DNA from: an uncultured Gammaproteobacteria bacterium
Lineage (GTDB): Bacteria > Pseudomonadota > Gammaproteobacteria > CAZYIF01
Assembly (NCBI GenBank): GCA_964646995.1
Contig: CAZYIF010000007.1
Location: 908-64,907 of the forward strand
Length of the DNA stretch: 64,000 nt
Direction: 5' to 3'
In this document: piece by piece, positions 38,818 to 49,398 of the stretch
Position numbering within the stretch: the stretch's first letter is position 1
Layout: the number at the start of each line of letters is the position of its first letter
Translations under genes and position numbers: made by a program
The notes under the pieces: model-generated
What the model saw: the letters and a program-made list of their open reading frames with translations, nothing else
The model's database searches: none
Told to the model about the DNA's origin: nothing

Positions 38818-41203
38818 ACGGCTCGGTCGCCATATCATCGACACTCTCTGCACCTTCTTGCGCGCCGGGAGCCGGCGCGTGTTCCGTCGGCACCGTCGCG
38901 CGGCTGAAACTCTCAAACACACTACCCGCTTGCCCTGCACGCGCTAATAACCCAGATACCGGATCAATGCGTACTGTCACGATAGTGTCGGGCTGAACAA
39001 ATTGTCGTATGGGTTTATCGCGCAATGCTTGGCGCATGAAATCCACCCAGATAGGCAGCGCCGCCGTAGAGCCGTATTCGTATAAAGAACGCGGTTGATC
39101 AAAGCCCACCCAAACCACTGTGGTCAGGTCAGGATTGTATCCCGCAAACCAAGCATCCATTTGCTCATTCGTGGTACCCGTCTTACCTGCAATATCGTAA
39201 CGACCGAGCACGGACGCTGCATGCCCTGTGCCGTGCACAATCACATCTTGCAACGCCGAATTCATCAGGTAAATTGTGTCACTCGCTACACTTTGTGCGA
39301 CTGGATGCACTGCCGCTGGATCAGCAGTGTTGGCAACAGCCGTGCTGGCCTGCTCGGATTGCAATTGCTTGACTGGCGCCTGATAAAGAACCCTGTCGTG
39401 CACATCGACTACCTTTTCCAGCAAATACGGTTCCAACAGATATCCCCCATTAGCAAACACCGCATAACCCCGTGCGAGTTCTAACGGTGTCACACTACCC
39501 GTACCCAACGCCAGAGAAAGACTGTCTGGCATATCCGCCAATGCAAAACCAAAGCGACGTAAATAATCGCGCGCAAAAGGAATAGTAACGTCTTGCAACA
39601 AGCGAATAGACACTAAATTACGTGATTTGATCAAGCCAACTCGTAAACGTGTTGGACCGTAAAAACGCCGCGTATCATTTTGTGGTCGCCATAAGGTCTC
39701 GTCTCCCGTATCGTGTAATACCACCGGCGCATCATTAACAACACTGGCTAAGGTATAACCCTTGGCTAAAGCCGCGGCATACACAAAAGGTTTAAAACTC
39801 GATCCCGGTTGCCGTTTCGCTTGCCATGCGCGATTAAAATTACTACGCTCATACGCAAAACCACCGACTAACGCGCGTATCGCTCCGCTATTAGGATCGA
39901 GACTCACTAAGGCGCCTTCCACTTCAGGTAACTGAGTCAAAGACCAATGTGTTGTATTATCTTGTGTTACACGCACCACATCACCCACTTGTACAATGTC
40001 ACGTGCATAACGCGGTGTAGCAGATAACTGCGTGTTTTGCAGACGGCGCTTGGCCCACGCTAACCCAGACCAAGCAATCTCAATCTGCCGCTGATCAGGC
40101 AACAATACCTGTATGGATTGCTCTTTTACGCCAATCACTACAGCAGGTAACACACCATTGATAATGGGAAAACGCTGCAGTTGCCGCACCCAAGCACCCA
40201 CATTCATCGTATCGGCTGCTGGTACGTGGTATTCTGCACCGCGATAACCGTGTCGTCTGTCGTAGGCTAACAAACCCTGACGCAATGCGCGTTGCGCCAT
40301 TTGTTGCATACGACTGTCTACGCTCGTGTAGAGTACTAGGCCTTGCGCATAAGCCTCTGCACCGTATTTCTCTAAGGCAAGATTACGCGCCATCTCTGCC
40401 ACATACGGTGCCGAAAATTCTATGTCTAATGTGTGATGTTGCGCGTCCAATGGCATGCGTAATGCCGTTTTATACGCTACCTCATCAATGTAACCTAAAT
40501 CACGCATGCGTGTTAACACATGGTTACGCCTTTCTAAAGCGGCTTGCGGATTAGCCAGTGGATTTAGCGAGGAAGGCGCTTTAGGTAAGCCCGCCAACAT
40601 AGCCATTTGTGATAAATTCAATTGCGTCAAGCTTTTGCCGTAATACACCCGCGCAGCGGCTTCAATGCCGTAAGCGCGATTGCCAAAAAATATTTTATTC
40701 AGGTAGAGTTCTAGAATTTTATCTTTTGGTAACTCTTGATCTATTTTTAAGGCTAATAATATTTCCCGCAATTTTCGACTATAGGTTTTTTGTGGCGTTA
40801 AGAAAAAGTTACGTGCTACTTGCATCGTGATAGTGCTGCCACCTTGCCCCTTGGTACCTGTCTCCAGTAAATGTTTGCCCGCACGTAACAGACCATAGAG
40901 ATCGATACCTACATGCTCGTAAAAACGTTGATCTTCTGTGGCCAATACCGCTTGAATCAGCGGTTTAGGAATCTTATCAAATGGCACGGGGAAACGTCGC
41001 ATCTCACCAAATTCAGCGATCAATTTACCATCGTGCGTGTAAACACGCAGAGGAACCTGTAACTGCACATTTTTCAAAGTGGAAACGTCGGGTAATTGTC
41101 GCTCCATATACACCAGCAACACACCCATACCTAGCAATAACATCAAAGCCACGCTCAGTAATGACCAAAAGCTACTCTTAAGTAATGTGCTCTCTTTTTT
41201 CAT
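38810..41203 (-). CDS. mrcA: Penicillin-binding protein 1A (bifunctional transglycosylase/transpeptidase)
   Basis: 797 aa. GT51 motifs EDQRFYEH and GGSTITMQ. Transpeptidase motifs SSFKP, SRN and KTGTT. Divergent from pilM, as ponA is in Pseudomonas. Confidence 0.95.
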   Translation of the reverse strand: MKKESTLLKSSFWSLLSVALMLLLGMGVLLVYMERQLPDVSTLKNVQLQVPLRVYTHDGKLIAEFGEMRRFPVPFDKIPKPLIQAVLATEDQRFYEHVGIDLYGLLRAGKHLLETGTKGQGGSTITMQVARNFFLTPQKTYSRKLREILLALKIDQELPKDKILELYLNKIFFGNRAYGIEAAARVYYGKSLTQLNLSQMAMLAGLPKAPSSLNPLANPQAALERRNHVLTRMRDLGYIDEVAYKTALRMPLDAQHHTLDIEFSAPYVAEMARNLALEKYGAEAYAQGLVLYTSVDSRMQQMAQRALRQGLLAYDRRHGYRGAEYHVPAADTMNVGAWVRQLQRFPIINGVLPAVVIGVKEQSIQVLLPDQRQIEIAWSGLAWAKRRLQNTQLSATPRYARDIVQVGDVVRVTQDNTTHWSLTQLPEVEGALVSLDPNSGAIRALVGGFAYERSNFNRAWQAKRQPGSSFKPFVYAAALAKGYTLASVVNDAPVVLHDTGDETLWRPQNDTRRFYGPTRLRVGLIKSRNLVSIRLLQDVTIPFARDYLRRFGFALADMPDSLSLALGTGSVTPLELARGYAVFANGGYLLEPYLLEKVVDVHDRVLYQAPVKQLQSEQASTAVANTADPAAVHPVAQSVASDTIYLMNSALQDVIVHGTGHAASVLGRYDIAGKTGTTNEQMDAWFAGYNPDLTTVVWVGFDQPRSLYEYGSTAALPIWVDFMRQALRDKPIRQFVQPDTIVTVRIDPVSGLLARAGQAGSVFESFSRATVPTEHAPAPGAQEGAESVDDMATEPLF

Positions 41204-41346
41204 AACGCATTATGGCACATTTTCACAAACACGCTACCGTTACCATAGCACTTGCGCACGCTTACAGAGCATGTTAAAACAAGCTGTGTTGGTATGGACA
41301 CTACACGTGGCTATAAGTAGTGTAAAAAATAGACGTCAGCAAAAGG

Positions 41347-42426
41347 ATGGGCGCAGTGTTAGCACTCTTCACACGTGGTAAACCTTCTCTCTTAGGACTA
41401 GACATCAGCTCATCGAGCGTAAAGCTGCTGGAGCTCAGCCAACAAGCGCCGCTGGCTTACCGCGTAGAAAATTTTGCCGTTGCATCGTTACCCCAAAACA
41501 CGATCGTCGATAAGAACATCATAAACACCTCCGCACTCGCACAAACTATCTCGCGCGTAACCACCGAGGCACACACCAAAACAAAAAATGTCGCCATAGC
41601 ACTACCGGACTCATCCACCATTACCAAAGTGTTACAAGTAGATACCGAGCTCGGTGAAAGCGACATAGAGGACCATATCGCATTTGAGGCAGGAAAATAT
41701 ATTCCTTATACGCTAGAAGAGGTCAACCTTGATTTCAATGTGTTGGGAAAATCTGCCAGTGATCCGAACTTATTGGACGTACTGCTTGTTTCTTGCCGTT
41801 CGGACAAAATAAAGACCTATGCAGAAGCTACCGCAGAAGCGGGATTAACACTAAAAATTGTCGATGTCGAAGCTTATGCTATGGAACGCGCTTACTCACT
41901 CATTCAAGATCAAATGCCGCATCACAACGCACAACACGTTATTGGTATTTTCAATATTGGACACGATATCACAACGCTGACCGTATTAAGCAACAAGCAA
42001 ACGATCTTTTCACGCGAAACAGGCTTTGGTGGCCAGCAGCTTATCACGCAAATACAACAACGCTATCAACTCTCTGCGGGTCAAGCCTTAGAAAAATTAC
42101 GCCAACGCACACTGCCAGACGACTTTGAAGAAACCATACTACAGCCATTTAAAGAGGCCTTAATTTTACACGTACGTCGTGCTATACAATTTTTCTATTC
42201 ATCCAGCCAACACAGCGAGATACACCACCTGTTCCTGGGTGGCGGGGTCGCGAATATTGATGGATTGGCTGCCATGGTAAGTGCCCAGCTTAGCCTATCC
42301 GCTGCGATCGCTAATCCATTTAGAGGAATGTCTTTCGCACCGCGTGTCAACACCAGCTTATTGCAGCATTATGCGAGTTCTATGCTGATTTGCTGTGGTT
42401 TAGCACTGCGTAAGTTTGAGGAATAA
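41347..42426 (+). CDS. pilM: Type IV pilus assembly protein PilM
   Basis: 359 aa, actin-like ATPase fold. GLDISSSSVKLLEL N-terminus. First gene of the pilMNOPQ order. Confidence 0.9.
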   Translation: MGAVLALFTRGKPSLLGLDISSSSVKLLELSQQAPLAYRVENFAVASLPQNTIVDKNIINTSALAQTISRVTTEAHTKTKNVAIALPDSSTITKVLQVDTELGESDIEDHIAFEAGKYIPYTLEEVNLDFNVLGKSASDPNLLDVLLVSCRSDKIKTYAEATAEAGLTLKIVDVEAYAMERAYSLIQDQMPHHNAQHVIGIFNIGHDITTLTVLSNKQTIFSRETGFGGQQLITQIQQRYQLSAGQALEKLRQRTLPDDFEETILQPFKEALILHVRRAIQFFYSSSQHSEIHHLFLGGGVANIDGLAAMVSAQLSLSAAIANPFRGMSFAPRVNTSLLQHYASSMLICCGLALRKFEE

Positions 42427-42432
42427 AACAAG

Positions 42433-43017
42433 ATGGCTAAAATTAATCTACTACCCTGGCGCGAGCAACTACGCGAAGAAAAACAAAAAGAATTTTTCTC
42501 TTTTCTCATTATTGGACTTGGCACTACGATCGCCTTATTTATATTCATTAGCTTGCTCATTGGCTATAAAATAAAGCAGCAAGAAATACGTAATCAAAAA
42601 CTCAGCCAAGAAATTCATATCCTAAACAACAAACTTCTTATCATCAGCGAATTAAAAAAGGAAAAAGAGGAACTCGTTTCTCGCATTAACATCATCAAAG
42701 AATTACAAGCTAACCGACCACAGACCGTACACCTGTTCGAGGCCATCGTACGCATCATCCCTCGTGGTATTTACTTGACGGAAGTCTCACGTAAAGACAA
42801 TACACTGACGTTGATGGGTATTGCCGAATCTCATTCGCAGGTGTCTAACTTGATGCTCAATGCAGACCGTTCACGCTGGCTAACTGATTCTAAACTCAAT
42901 CAAATAGAGGAAGTCGACACACCCGAAAAAAATGAAGAGCCCCAAAGCAAAGGCCAAGCCTTCAAAATAGAAATTGGCGTCAAAACAGCACAAACAACGC
43001 TGGTTGGAGCACAATAA
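42433..43017 (+). CDS. pilN: Type IV pilus assembly protein PilN
   Basis: MAKINLLPWREQLREEKQKEF conserved N-terminus, one TM helix and a coiled coil. Confidence 0.9.
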   Translation: MAKINLLPWREQLREEKQKEFFSFLIIGLGTTIALFIFISLLIGYKIKQQEIRNQKLSQEIHILNNKLLIISELKKEKEELVSRINIIKELQANRPQTVHLFEAIVRIIPRGIYLTEVSRKDNTLTLMGIAESHSQVSNLMLNADRSRWLTDSKLNQIEEVDTPEKNEEPQSKGQAFKIEIGVKTAQTTLVGAQ

Positions 43018-43641
43018 ATGAAAATTAACCTGAGTGAAATACGTTTATCCGATGTAGGCAACTGGCCACGACCCGTACGTCTACTTGCAGTCAGTGTGGC
43101 GTGCATCATTGTTGCCTGTTTTATCTTCTGGTTAGATACACAAACTCAATTAGATAAGTTAGAAACTGCCAGACAACAGGAACAAAAAGATCGCATTATT
43201 TTTGAAGAGAAGCAACAACAGGCAGCCACCCTTACCGCCTACCAAAAACAATTGATCGAAATCAAACAGTCATTAGGCCATTTAATTAATCAACTTCCCG
43301 CGCAGACAGAGGTGCCGATCCTGGTAGAAGATATCTCAAAAATAGGCGCAGCATCGGGTTTACACTTTGCATTGGTCAAACCATTAGCCGAACAGCAATT
43401 AGAGTTTATTACAGAATTGCCTATCACCATCTCGGTCGTAGGTAATTACCACCAATTTGGCAAATTCGTGAGTGATGTCGTTGCTCTATCTCGCATCGTT
43501 ACTTTGCATGATTTTTCTATTCATGCAGTTAATGTGGGCGAAACCGCACCAAATGCCGCGGCCAAGTTACCGGTCACCGCAACCAAACCAGGACTACTAC
43601 AAATGGACATAACCGCTAAAACATATAGCTACAAGGAATAG
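43018..43641 (+). CDS. pilO: Type IV pilus assembly protein PilO
   Basis: 207 aa, abutting the pilN stop. TM helix plus coiled coil plus a PilO-type C-terminal domain. Confidence 0.85.
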   Translation: MKINLSEIRLSDVGNWPRPVRLLAVSVACIIVACFIFWLDTQTQLDKLETARQQEQKDRIIFEEKQQQAATLTAYQKQLIEIKQSLGHLINQLPAQTEVPILVEDISKIGAASGLHFALVKPLAEQQLEFITELPITISVVGNYHQFGKFVSDVVALSRIVTLHDFSIHAVNVGETAPNAAAKLPVTATKPGLLQMDITAKTYSYKE

Positions 43642-43840
43642 CAGGAATGCGTGTTACTCTGGGAAGAGATATCCGTTACAAAATAGATATGTTATTCTGC
43701 GGCAAAAATAGAATCTTGGTAGCGGGATGGTTCGTACACTGTGATGGCAACAAGGGCTGATCAAAACACACAACAAGCCATGCGTTTTGACCTCACATAC
43801 ATACCAGTAACATGTAGGATGCAGTGAAGGATATTGTATT

Positions 43841-44377
43841 GTGGTAACAACACGATTAAACCGATTAAAAATTACGGCCTTGTGCAATGCGGGATTTTTA
43901 TTGTGTGTGTGCACGGTAAGCGTTGCAACGACAGAAAGTTTAGATGCATACATCACCCGCATCAAACAACGTCCCGCGGGAAAAATAGAACCCTTTCCTA
44001 GTTTGAATATACCGGCACCGCATCACTACAGCGCAGACAACAGCCGTAATCCATTTCGCAAAGGTATAGATGGCAGTGATTTCCGTCCTGACCTACACCG
44101 TCCTAAACAGCCGCTAGAAGCATACGCTTTAGATGCATTGCGCATGGGTGGTTCATTTTACAAAAACACACCCGAAAAACAGATAATTATGCAAGCCATT
44201 ATCATCACCCCAGACAATAAAGCAGTCGCAGTAAAAATCGGTGATTACATGGGAGAAAACTACGGCGAAATCACTAAAATTACTGACTCCAGCGTAGAAC
44301 TTATGGAAACCGTACATACGCATGCCGGTTGGGAAAAACGCCCTACAGCGCTAGAAGCCAAATCACAAGACAATTGA
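43841..44377 (+). CDS. pilP: Type IV pilus assembly protein PilP
   Basis: GTG start 9 nt after GAAGGA. LDAYITRIKQRPAGKIEPFPS...SRNPF matches the conserved PilP segment (LQAYMDEVRARPKGTIEPLP...RSPF in P. aeruginosa as I recall it). Confidence 0.8.
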   Translation: MVTTRLNRLKITALCNAGFLLCVCTVSVATTESLDAYITRIKQRPAGKIEPFPSLNIPAPHHYSADNSRNPFRKGIDGSDFRPDLHRPKQPLEAYALDALRMGGSFYKNTPEKQIIMQAIIITPDNKAVAVKIGDYMGENYGEITKITDSSVELMETVHTHAGWEKRPTALEAKSQDN

Positions 44378-44388
44378 AAGGAAAGCAC

Positions 44389-46461
44389 ATGAACGCCATA
44401 GCCACACTGTCACGTTATCTCCTCACCCACGTTATCTGTTGCCTGATTTTTTGTACACTTGCCTACGCGGCAAATAATACCTTAGAAAAAATCAGCCTCA
44501 CACAACCCACTGATAATAGCCTGCAAGCTACTTTCACCTTGAGTACTGCACTGGTGGGAGACGCTGCATTCAGTAGTTTTATCACCCAATACCCTAAACG
44601 CTTAATTATCGATCTCCCTGCCGTCGATAATCATCTAAAAAAACCCAGTATCGAAACCAACCCACTCGTTAGCCACATCACTATCACCCAAGCAGCAGCC
44701 CGTACCCGCATCATGCTTGAACTCAAGCGCAACGTAGGCTACCAACTTAAACCCGTGAATAATCAGCTGGTACTGACCATGGCATTGCAAGAAGCCAACA
44801 AAAACATTGCCACAACGTCCATCTTAAATAAGCCCAACACCAACCATAACCAAATTAAGCTGATTGATTTCAAACGCAATCCAGGCAACGCTGCACAACT
44901 GATTGTCAAATTAACCAAGCCAGGTAGCGAAGTCGACTTACAACAACAAGGTTCATCGCTATATTTGGAATTTTTTGATACGCAACTACCCAACCATCTG
45001 CGCAAAAACATGGATGTGAGTGATTTTGGTTCGCCGGTAAATAACATCGTACTCCATCAACAAGAACAAAACGTCAAGATACACATAAACACGCATGGCA
45101 AATATACGCATCTAGCGTATCAAACAGAAGATACATTCGTGTTAGACATTAACCCCATTGCAGAAAACGAAAAGACAGAAAATGCAGTACTTAAAAATAA
45201 TTTTACCGGTGACAAAATCTCACTAAACTTTCAAAACATAGAAATCCGTTCCGTACTCCAACTGCTGGCAGAATTTACCGGCCTGAATATTGTCACCGAC
45301 GACTCCGTACAGGGTACCATCACCTTGCACCTGCAAAATATTCCCTGGGATCAAGCGCTGTCTATCATTCTAAAGACCCGTGGCCTCGCAGAACGCCAAA
45401 TCGGTAACGTAATCTTGGTCGCTCCTGCCAAAGATATCGCCGATCGTGAAAAAGAAGAACTGCAATCACACAATCAAATTCAAGATATGTCGCCGCTGCG
45501 TTCTGAATTGATTCAAGTCAATTACGCACGCGCCACCGATGTGGCACAACTGATTCAATCCCAGCAAGGCTCTTTGCTCTCAACACGCGGTAAGATCAGC
45601 ACGGATACCCGCACCAACACCATTTGGCTACTGGAAAGTAATCAAAAATTGGATGAATTACGGGAACTCATCAAAAAACTCGATATCCCGGTCAGTCAAG
45701 TTTCCATCGAAGCACGCATTGTCAAAGTTAACAAAGATATGACCAATGAACTGGGCGTGAAATTTGGTGTCACTAAACCACAAATGAATCTCACTGGTAA
45801 TTTCTCCGGCGCAAATAGCATCGCCAACGGTACTGCGCTCGCAGAAGTTGCGACGAATGGAACCGATCGTTTAAATGTAAATTTACCCGCAGCCACGGCG
45901 ACGACCGGCAACATTGGTTTGGCACTGGCTAAGCTAGGCCATGGCTTCCTGTTGGATCTGGAACTCTCCGCCCTGGAAACAGAAGGTAAAGGTAATATCA
46001 TCTCTTCACCTCATGTGATCACGGCTAACCAGCATGCGGCACTCATTGAATCCGGTAAAGAAGTACCTTACCAACAATTTACTTCCAGTGGTGCTGCCAA
46101 CGTCGCCTTTAAAAAGGCCGTATTGAGTTTAGAAGTCACACCTCAAATTACACCTGACAACAAAATCGTGCTCAGTATTAAAGTACATAATGATGACGTC
46201 GGGAGTGTGACCAGTACCACTGTGCCGATAATCAATACTGAAAATATAGAAACCCAAGTCTTAGTAGATAATGGCGAAACCGTGGTGCTAGGTGGTATTT
46301 ATAAACAAAACAAGACTAACACGATTAGCCGGATTCCGTTCTTTAGCTCTATCCCGGTGCTGGGTAATCTCTTCAAAAATCGTCAAGACATTAATAACCG
46401 TTCCGAACTATTAGTGTTTATTACACCAAAGATTATCACGCAAGCAGGACTTCCTGGTTAA
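44389..46461 (+). CDS. pilQ: Type IV pilus secretin PilQ
   Basis: Start at ATG 44389 (MNAIATLSRYLL, signal peptide). AMIN-like N-terminal repeats. Secretin C-domain (VLVDNGETVVLGGI...IPVLGNLF...ELLVFITPKII). Confidence 0.95.
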   Translation: MNAIATLSRYLLTHVICCLIFCTLAYAANNTLEKISLTQPTDNSLQATFTLSTALVGDAAFSSFITQYPKRLIIDLPAVDNHLKKPSIETNPLVSHITITQAAARTRIMLELKRNVGYQLKPVNNQLVLTMALQEANKNIATTSILNKPNTNHNQIKLIDFKRNPGNAAQLIVKLTKPGSEVDLQQQGSSLYLEFFDTQLPNHLRKNMDVSDFGSPVNNIVLHQQEQNVKIHINTHGKYTHLAYQTEDTFVLDINPIAENEKTENAVLKNNFTGDKISLNFQNIEIRSVLQLLAEFTGLNIVTDDSVQGTITLHLQNIPWDQALSIILKTRGLAERQIGNVILVAPAKDIADREKEELQSHNQIQDMSPLRSELIQVNYARATDVAQLIQSQQGSLLSTRGKISTDTRTNTIWLLESNQKLDELRELIKKLDIPVSQVSIEARIVKVNKDMTNELGVKFGVTKPQMNLTGNFSGANSIANGTALAEVATNGTDRLNVNLPAATATTGNIGLALAKLGHGFLLDLELSALETEGKGNIISSPHVITANQHAALIESGKEVPYQQFTSSGAANVAFKKAVLSLEVTPQITPDNKIVLSIKVHNDDVGSVTSTTVPIINTENIETQVLVDNGETVVLGGIYKQNKTNTISRIPFFSSIPVLGNLFKNRQDINNRSELLVFITPKIITQAGLPG

Positions 46462-46509
46462 ATAGAATGATGCGCTGGTTCGCTAACAGGCTAGCGCATT
46501 ATCAGGTGA

Positions 46510-48150
46510 ATGTTCATGGATAACATACCGACAGCAACTTTTGTAAATCAACATTTATTGTGGCAGCATTACCAATTGCATAGCGATCCCTTTGCAAAAG
46601 GGCCTGAGCAAACCTATTTCCCCATCGCTGAATGGGAAAAACATTTATCGTTATTTCAACACTTGTTGCACTATAGTAACGTCATCATCCACATTACGGG
46701 CCCTGCCGGCAGTGGAAAAACAACACTGCTACAGCAATTCGTACAGCAGACAGATAATAGTTTCATCAGCACACATACCGTTAATTTACCGCAACACGTT
46801 AGCACAGAAAAACTGCCCCACATTTTACACCATGCCTTTGATCTCGCTATCAGCCACCACACGGACTATAAAGCAACCCTCGCGCAGCAGTTAGTAGACA
46901 TACAACAGCATACGCCGTTGTGTGTGTTAATTTTTGATGATGCGCAACAACTGAGTGATGAAACCCTATTGACACTGCTAACCCTCAGCCAACAACAAGA
47001 TAAACACCACGCTCGTCTGCACATAATGTTATTTGCAGACCACACACTACAAGCACGCTTAGAACGTGCGATGCAACAACAGGCACTCAGCGATGCTGTG
47101 TATACAGTAACGCTTGCACCACTGACACAACAACAAACCAAGCAATACCTCAGCCACCGTTTGCATGCGGTAGGTTTAGTGGGCAATATCCCGCTATTAG
47201 ACTCGCACATTCTACGCATCTGGCACGCATCACAAGGTAATATTGCGGCAATCAATCACCACGGTAAACTCGCATTACTGGAGCAAATACACCAACCGTC
47301 CACCGGTACGCAAGCCAAGCACGCTAAACCACGGGCGCCGCGCCGCCTGTTCTTATCCACCCTGTGGCACACACAAAAAAAACGTCTGGGTATCGTCATC
47401 CTATTTGCATTAGCATTTAGCGGAGTCTCTTGGTTGAGCCAACAGCTGCAAAAAAACCACGCGCCTAACAGCGTACCACCCATGGTTAACCCTGTTCGCA
47501 CACCCCCACCGCCCGCAATCCTACGCAAAAATTCGGACCCGCAACTTGGCGTAGCAGAACGACTGGAACGCCTACATCAACTCATGACGCCTGCGTACCG
47601 TACACCAGCGTCCAATGAGGCGGGCCCTATCCCGCTGAGCGTACCCGTTCACAGCGCAACAACCCTACCTACGGTTCCCTGGGCAAAGCAAACCACTGCG
47701 CCAAGCGACCACACACCGCAGCAACAAAAACTCGCGGCTAAACCAACACCGCCTGCCACTGCAGCAACGATCACCTCAACGCAAGCTATTGCACAAGAAA
47801 CACCACCAACCGCTACAGCCAAAAAACCGGCGGTCATTCAATACAGTGACGACGAAAAATTTCTGTTGGCACAAAAAGGCAGCCAATATAGCCTGCAAAT
47901 TGCGGCTGCAACCAGTTATAAACAATTGCGCAAAGAACATCTGGCATTATTTAATAAACGCAAATACCCCACTTACGTGTTTCGCCATGGCGACAAATGG
48001 CATATGTTGACCTACGGTGTCTACCCTAGTTTTGATGAAGCAAAAGCAGCCTTTAAAACGATTCCGCGTAAACTGCGCCTCAACAGCAAACCATGGCCTA
48101 GACGACTGCAACTCATTCAGCAAGAAATTCGCCGCGAACGCAACCCATAA
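46510..48150 (+). CDS. ExeA/GspA-like AAA ATPase fused to a Pro-rich linker and a C-terminal SPOR peptidoglycan-binding domain (DamX-like position)
   Basis: Walker A ITGPAGSGKTTLL and Walker B LIFDDAQ. One TM helix (LGIVILFALAFSGVSWL). Pro/Thr/Ala-rich linker. SPOR-like C-terminus (YSLQIAAATSYKQL...GDKWHMLTYGVYPSFDEAKAAF). The start could be ATG 46516. Confidence 0.7.
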   Translation: MFMDNIPTATFVNQHLLWQHYQLHSDPFAKGPEQTYFPIAEWEKHLSLFQHLLHYSNVIIHITGPAGSGKTTLLQQFVQQTDNSFISTHTVNLPQHVSTEKLPHILHHAFDLAISHHTDYKATLAQQLVDIQQHTPLCVLIFDDAQQLSDETLLTLLTLSQQQDKHHARLHIMLFADHTLQARLERAMQQQALSDAVYTVTLAPLTQQQTKQYLSHRLHAVGLVGNIPLLDSHILRIWHASQGNIAAINHHGKLALLEQIHQPSTGTQAKHAKPRAPRRLFLSTLWHTQKKRLGIVILFALAFSGVSWLSQQLQKNHAPNSVPPMVNPVRTPPPPAILRKNSDPQLGVAERLERLHQLMTPAYRTPASNEAGPIPLSVPVHSATTLPTVPWAKQTTAPSDHTPQQQKLAAKPTPPATAATITSTQAIAQETPPTATAKKPAVIQYSDDEKFLLAQKGSQYSLQIAAATSYKQLRKEHLALFNKRKYPTYVFRHGDKWHMLTYGVYPSFDEAKAAFKTIPRKLRLNSKPWPRRLQLIQQEIRRERNP

Positions 48151-48261
48151 CACACCCGGTACTTGTCCGCTAGCGAATGAGTGAGATGCTATAGCGTACG
48201 TAAACTGGCGTGACAGGACGCGGCGCAGTATACTACGCGCTGTGTAATCAGGATAAAAACC

Positions 48262-49326
48262 ATGACAAAGCCCTTGTTGATCCGTGCATTGCTGCGCGAA
48301 CCCGTGGAATGTACGCCGATTTGGTTAATGCGCCAAGCGGGACGCTATCTGCCGGAATACCGCGCACTACGTGCTACTGTCACCGACTTTCTTGATTTGT
48401 GCCAACGTCCAGACGTGGCGTGCGAGATTACCTTGCAACCGTTGCGTCGCTTCGGTTTAGATGCCGCCATCATCTTCTCTGATATTTTAACCATTCCCCA
48501 TGCCATGGGCCTGGAACTGCGTTTCATCGAAGGGCAAGGTCCCTGCTTCAATCAACCCATACGCCATCGCGGTGATATCAAACGGCTACGCACACTCGAA
48601 CCAGAAGTCGATCTGGCGTACGTGCTAGAAGCCATACGCTTAGTACGTCACGAACTGCCCGCCGGCACACCGCTGATTGGTTTCTGCGGCAGCCCATGGA
48701 CAGTCGCAGCCTATATGTTAGAAGGCAAAGCCAATAAAAATTTTCCGGCGTTACAACAATGTCGCGTGGATGATCCAGCGAGCTTGCATCATTTACTTGA
48801 CCACTTGGCACAAGCGATACAAGCACACCTCAACGCGCAAATTCGCGCGGGTGCTGATGTGGTAATGCTGTTTGATACCTGGGGTGGACTATTGCCTGCG
48901 GAATTATATGAGACGTTTTCTCTGCGTTATCTGCGGCAAATTATTGCTGGCTTACACCGCCAAAAAGATCAGAAAGCGATTCCAGTCATTCTATTCGCCA
49001 AGGGTTGTCACGGCTTATTAGCACAACTGGCAACATCTGGTTGCGATGCGCTGGGCATCGATGAACAAATCGATATACGCGTTGCTATGGCACAAGTGGG
49101 CGACCGCGTTGCACTACAAGGTAACCTGGCTCCTGACCTACTGTATGAAAACCCCGACGCTATTGTGGCTGCAGTCACTACCTTGCTCACAGCTTACGGT
49201 AACACACCGGGTCACGTGGTTAACTTAGGGCATGGGATCAAACCCGATATGCCACCCGAACACGTCGCTGTATTAGTCGATGCGGTGCACCGCATTAGTC
49301 GCAAGCTACGCGGCGCTAATACATAA
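48262..49326 (+). CDS. hemE: Uroporphyrinogen decarboxylase
   Basis: 354 aa with the PIWLMRQAGRYLPEYR signature. Confidence 0.95.
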   Translation: MTKPLLIRALLREPVECTPIWLMRQAGRYLPEYRALRATVTDFLDLCQRPDVACEITLQPLRRFGLDAAIIFSDILTIPHAMGLELRFIEGQGPCFNQPIRHRGDIKRLRTLEPEVDLAYVLEAIRLVRHELPAGTPLIGFCGSPWTVAAYMLEGKANKNFPALQQCRVDDPASLHHLLDHLAQAIQAHLNAQIRAGADVVMLFDTWGGLLPAELYETFSLRYLRQIIAGLHRQKDQKAIPVILFAKGCHGLLAQLATSGCDALGIDEQIDIRVAMAQVGDRVALQGNLAPDLLYENPDAIVAAVTTLLTAYGNTPGHVVNLGHGIKPDMPPEHVAVLVDAVHRISRKLRGANT

Positions 49327-49398
49327 CAGATACGTTTGCATGATGTACAGCACATACTGGAAAAGTCGTATAGCATGCGACTTACTATACGCTTATAG

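Noticed and set aside
46592-47837. ORFs overlapping the AAA-SPOR gene (46592-46894 +, 46866-47255 -, 47256-47528 -, 47649-47837 -)
   Set aside because: Their composition is Cys/Arg-rich or low-complexity. The main frame has Walker motifs and a SPOR domain.
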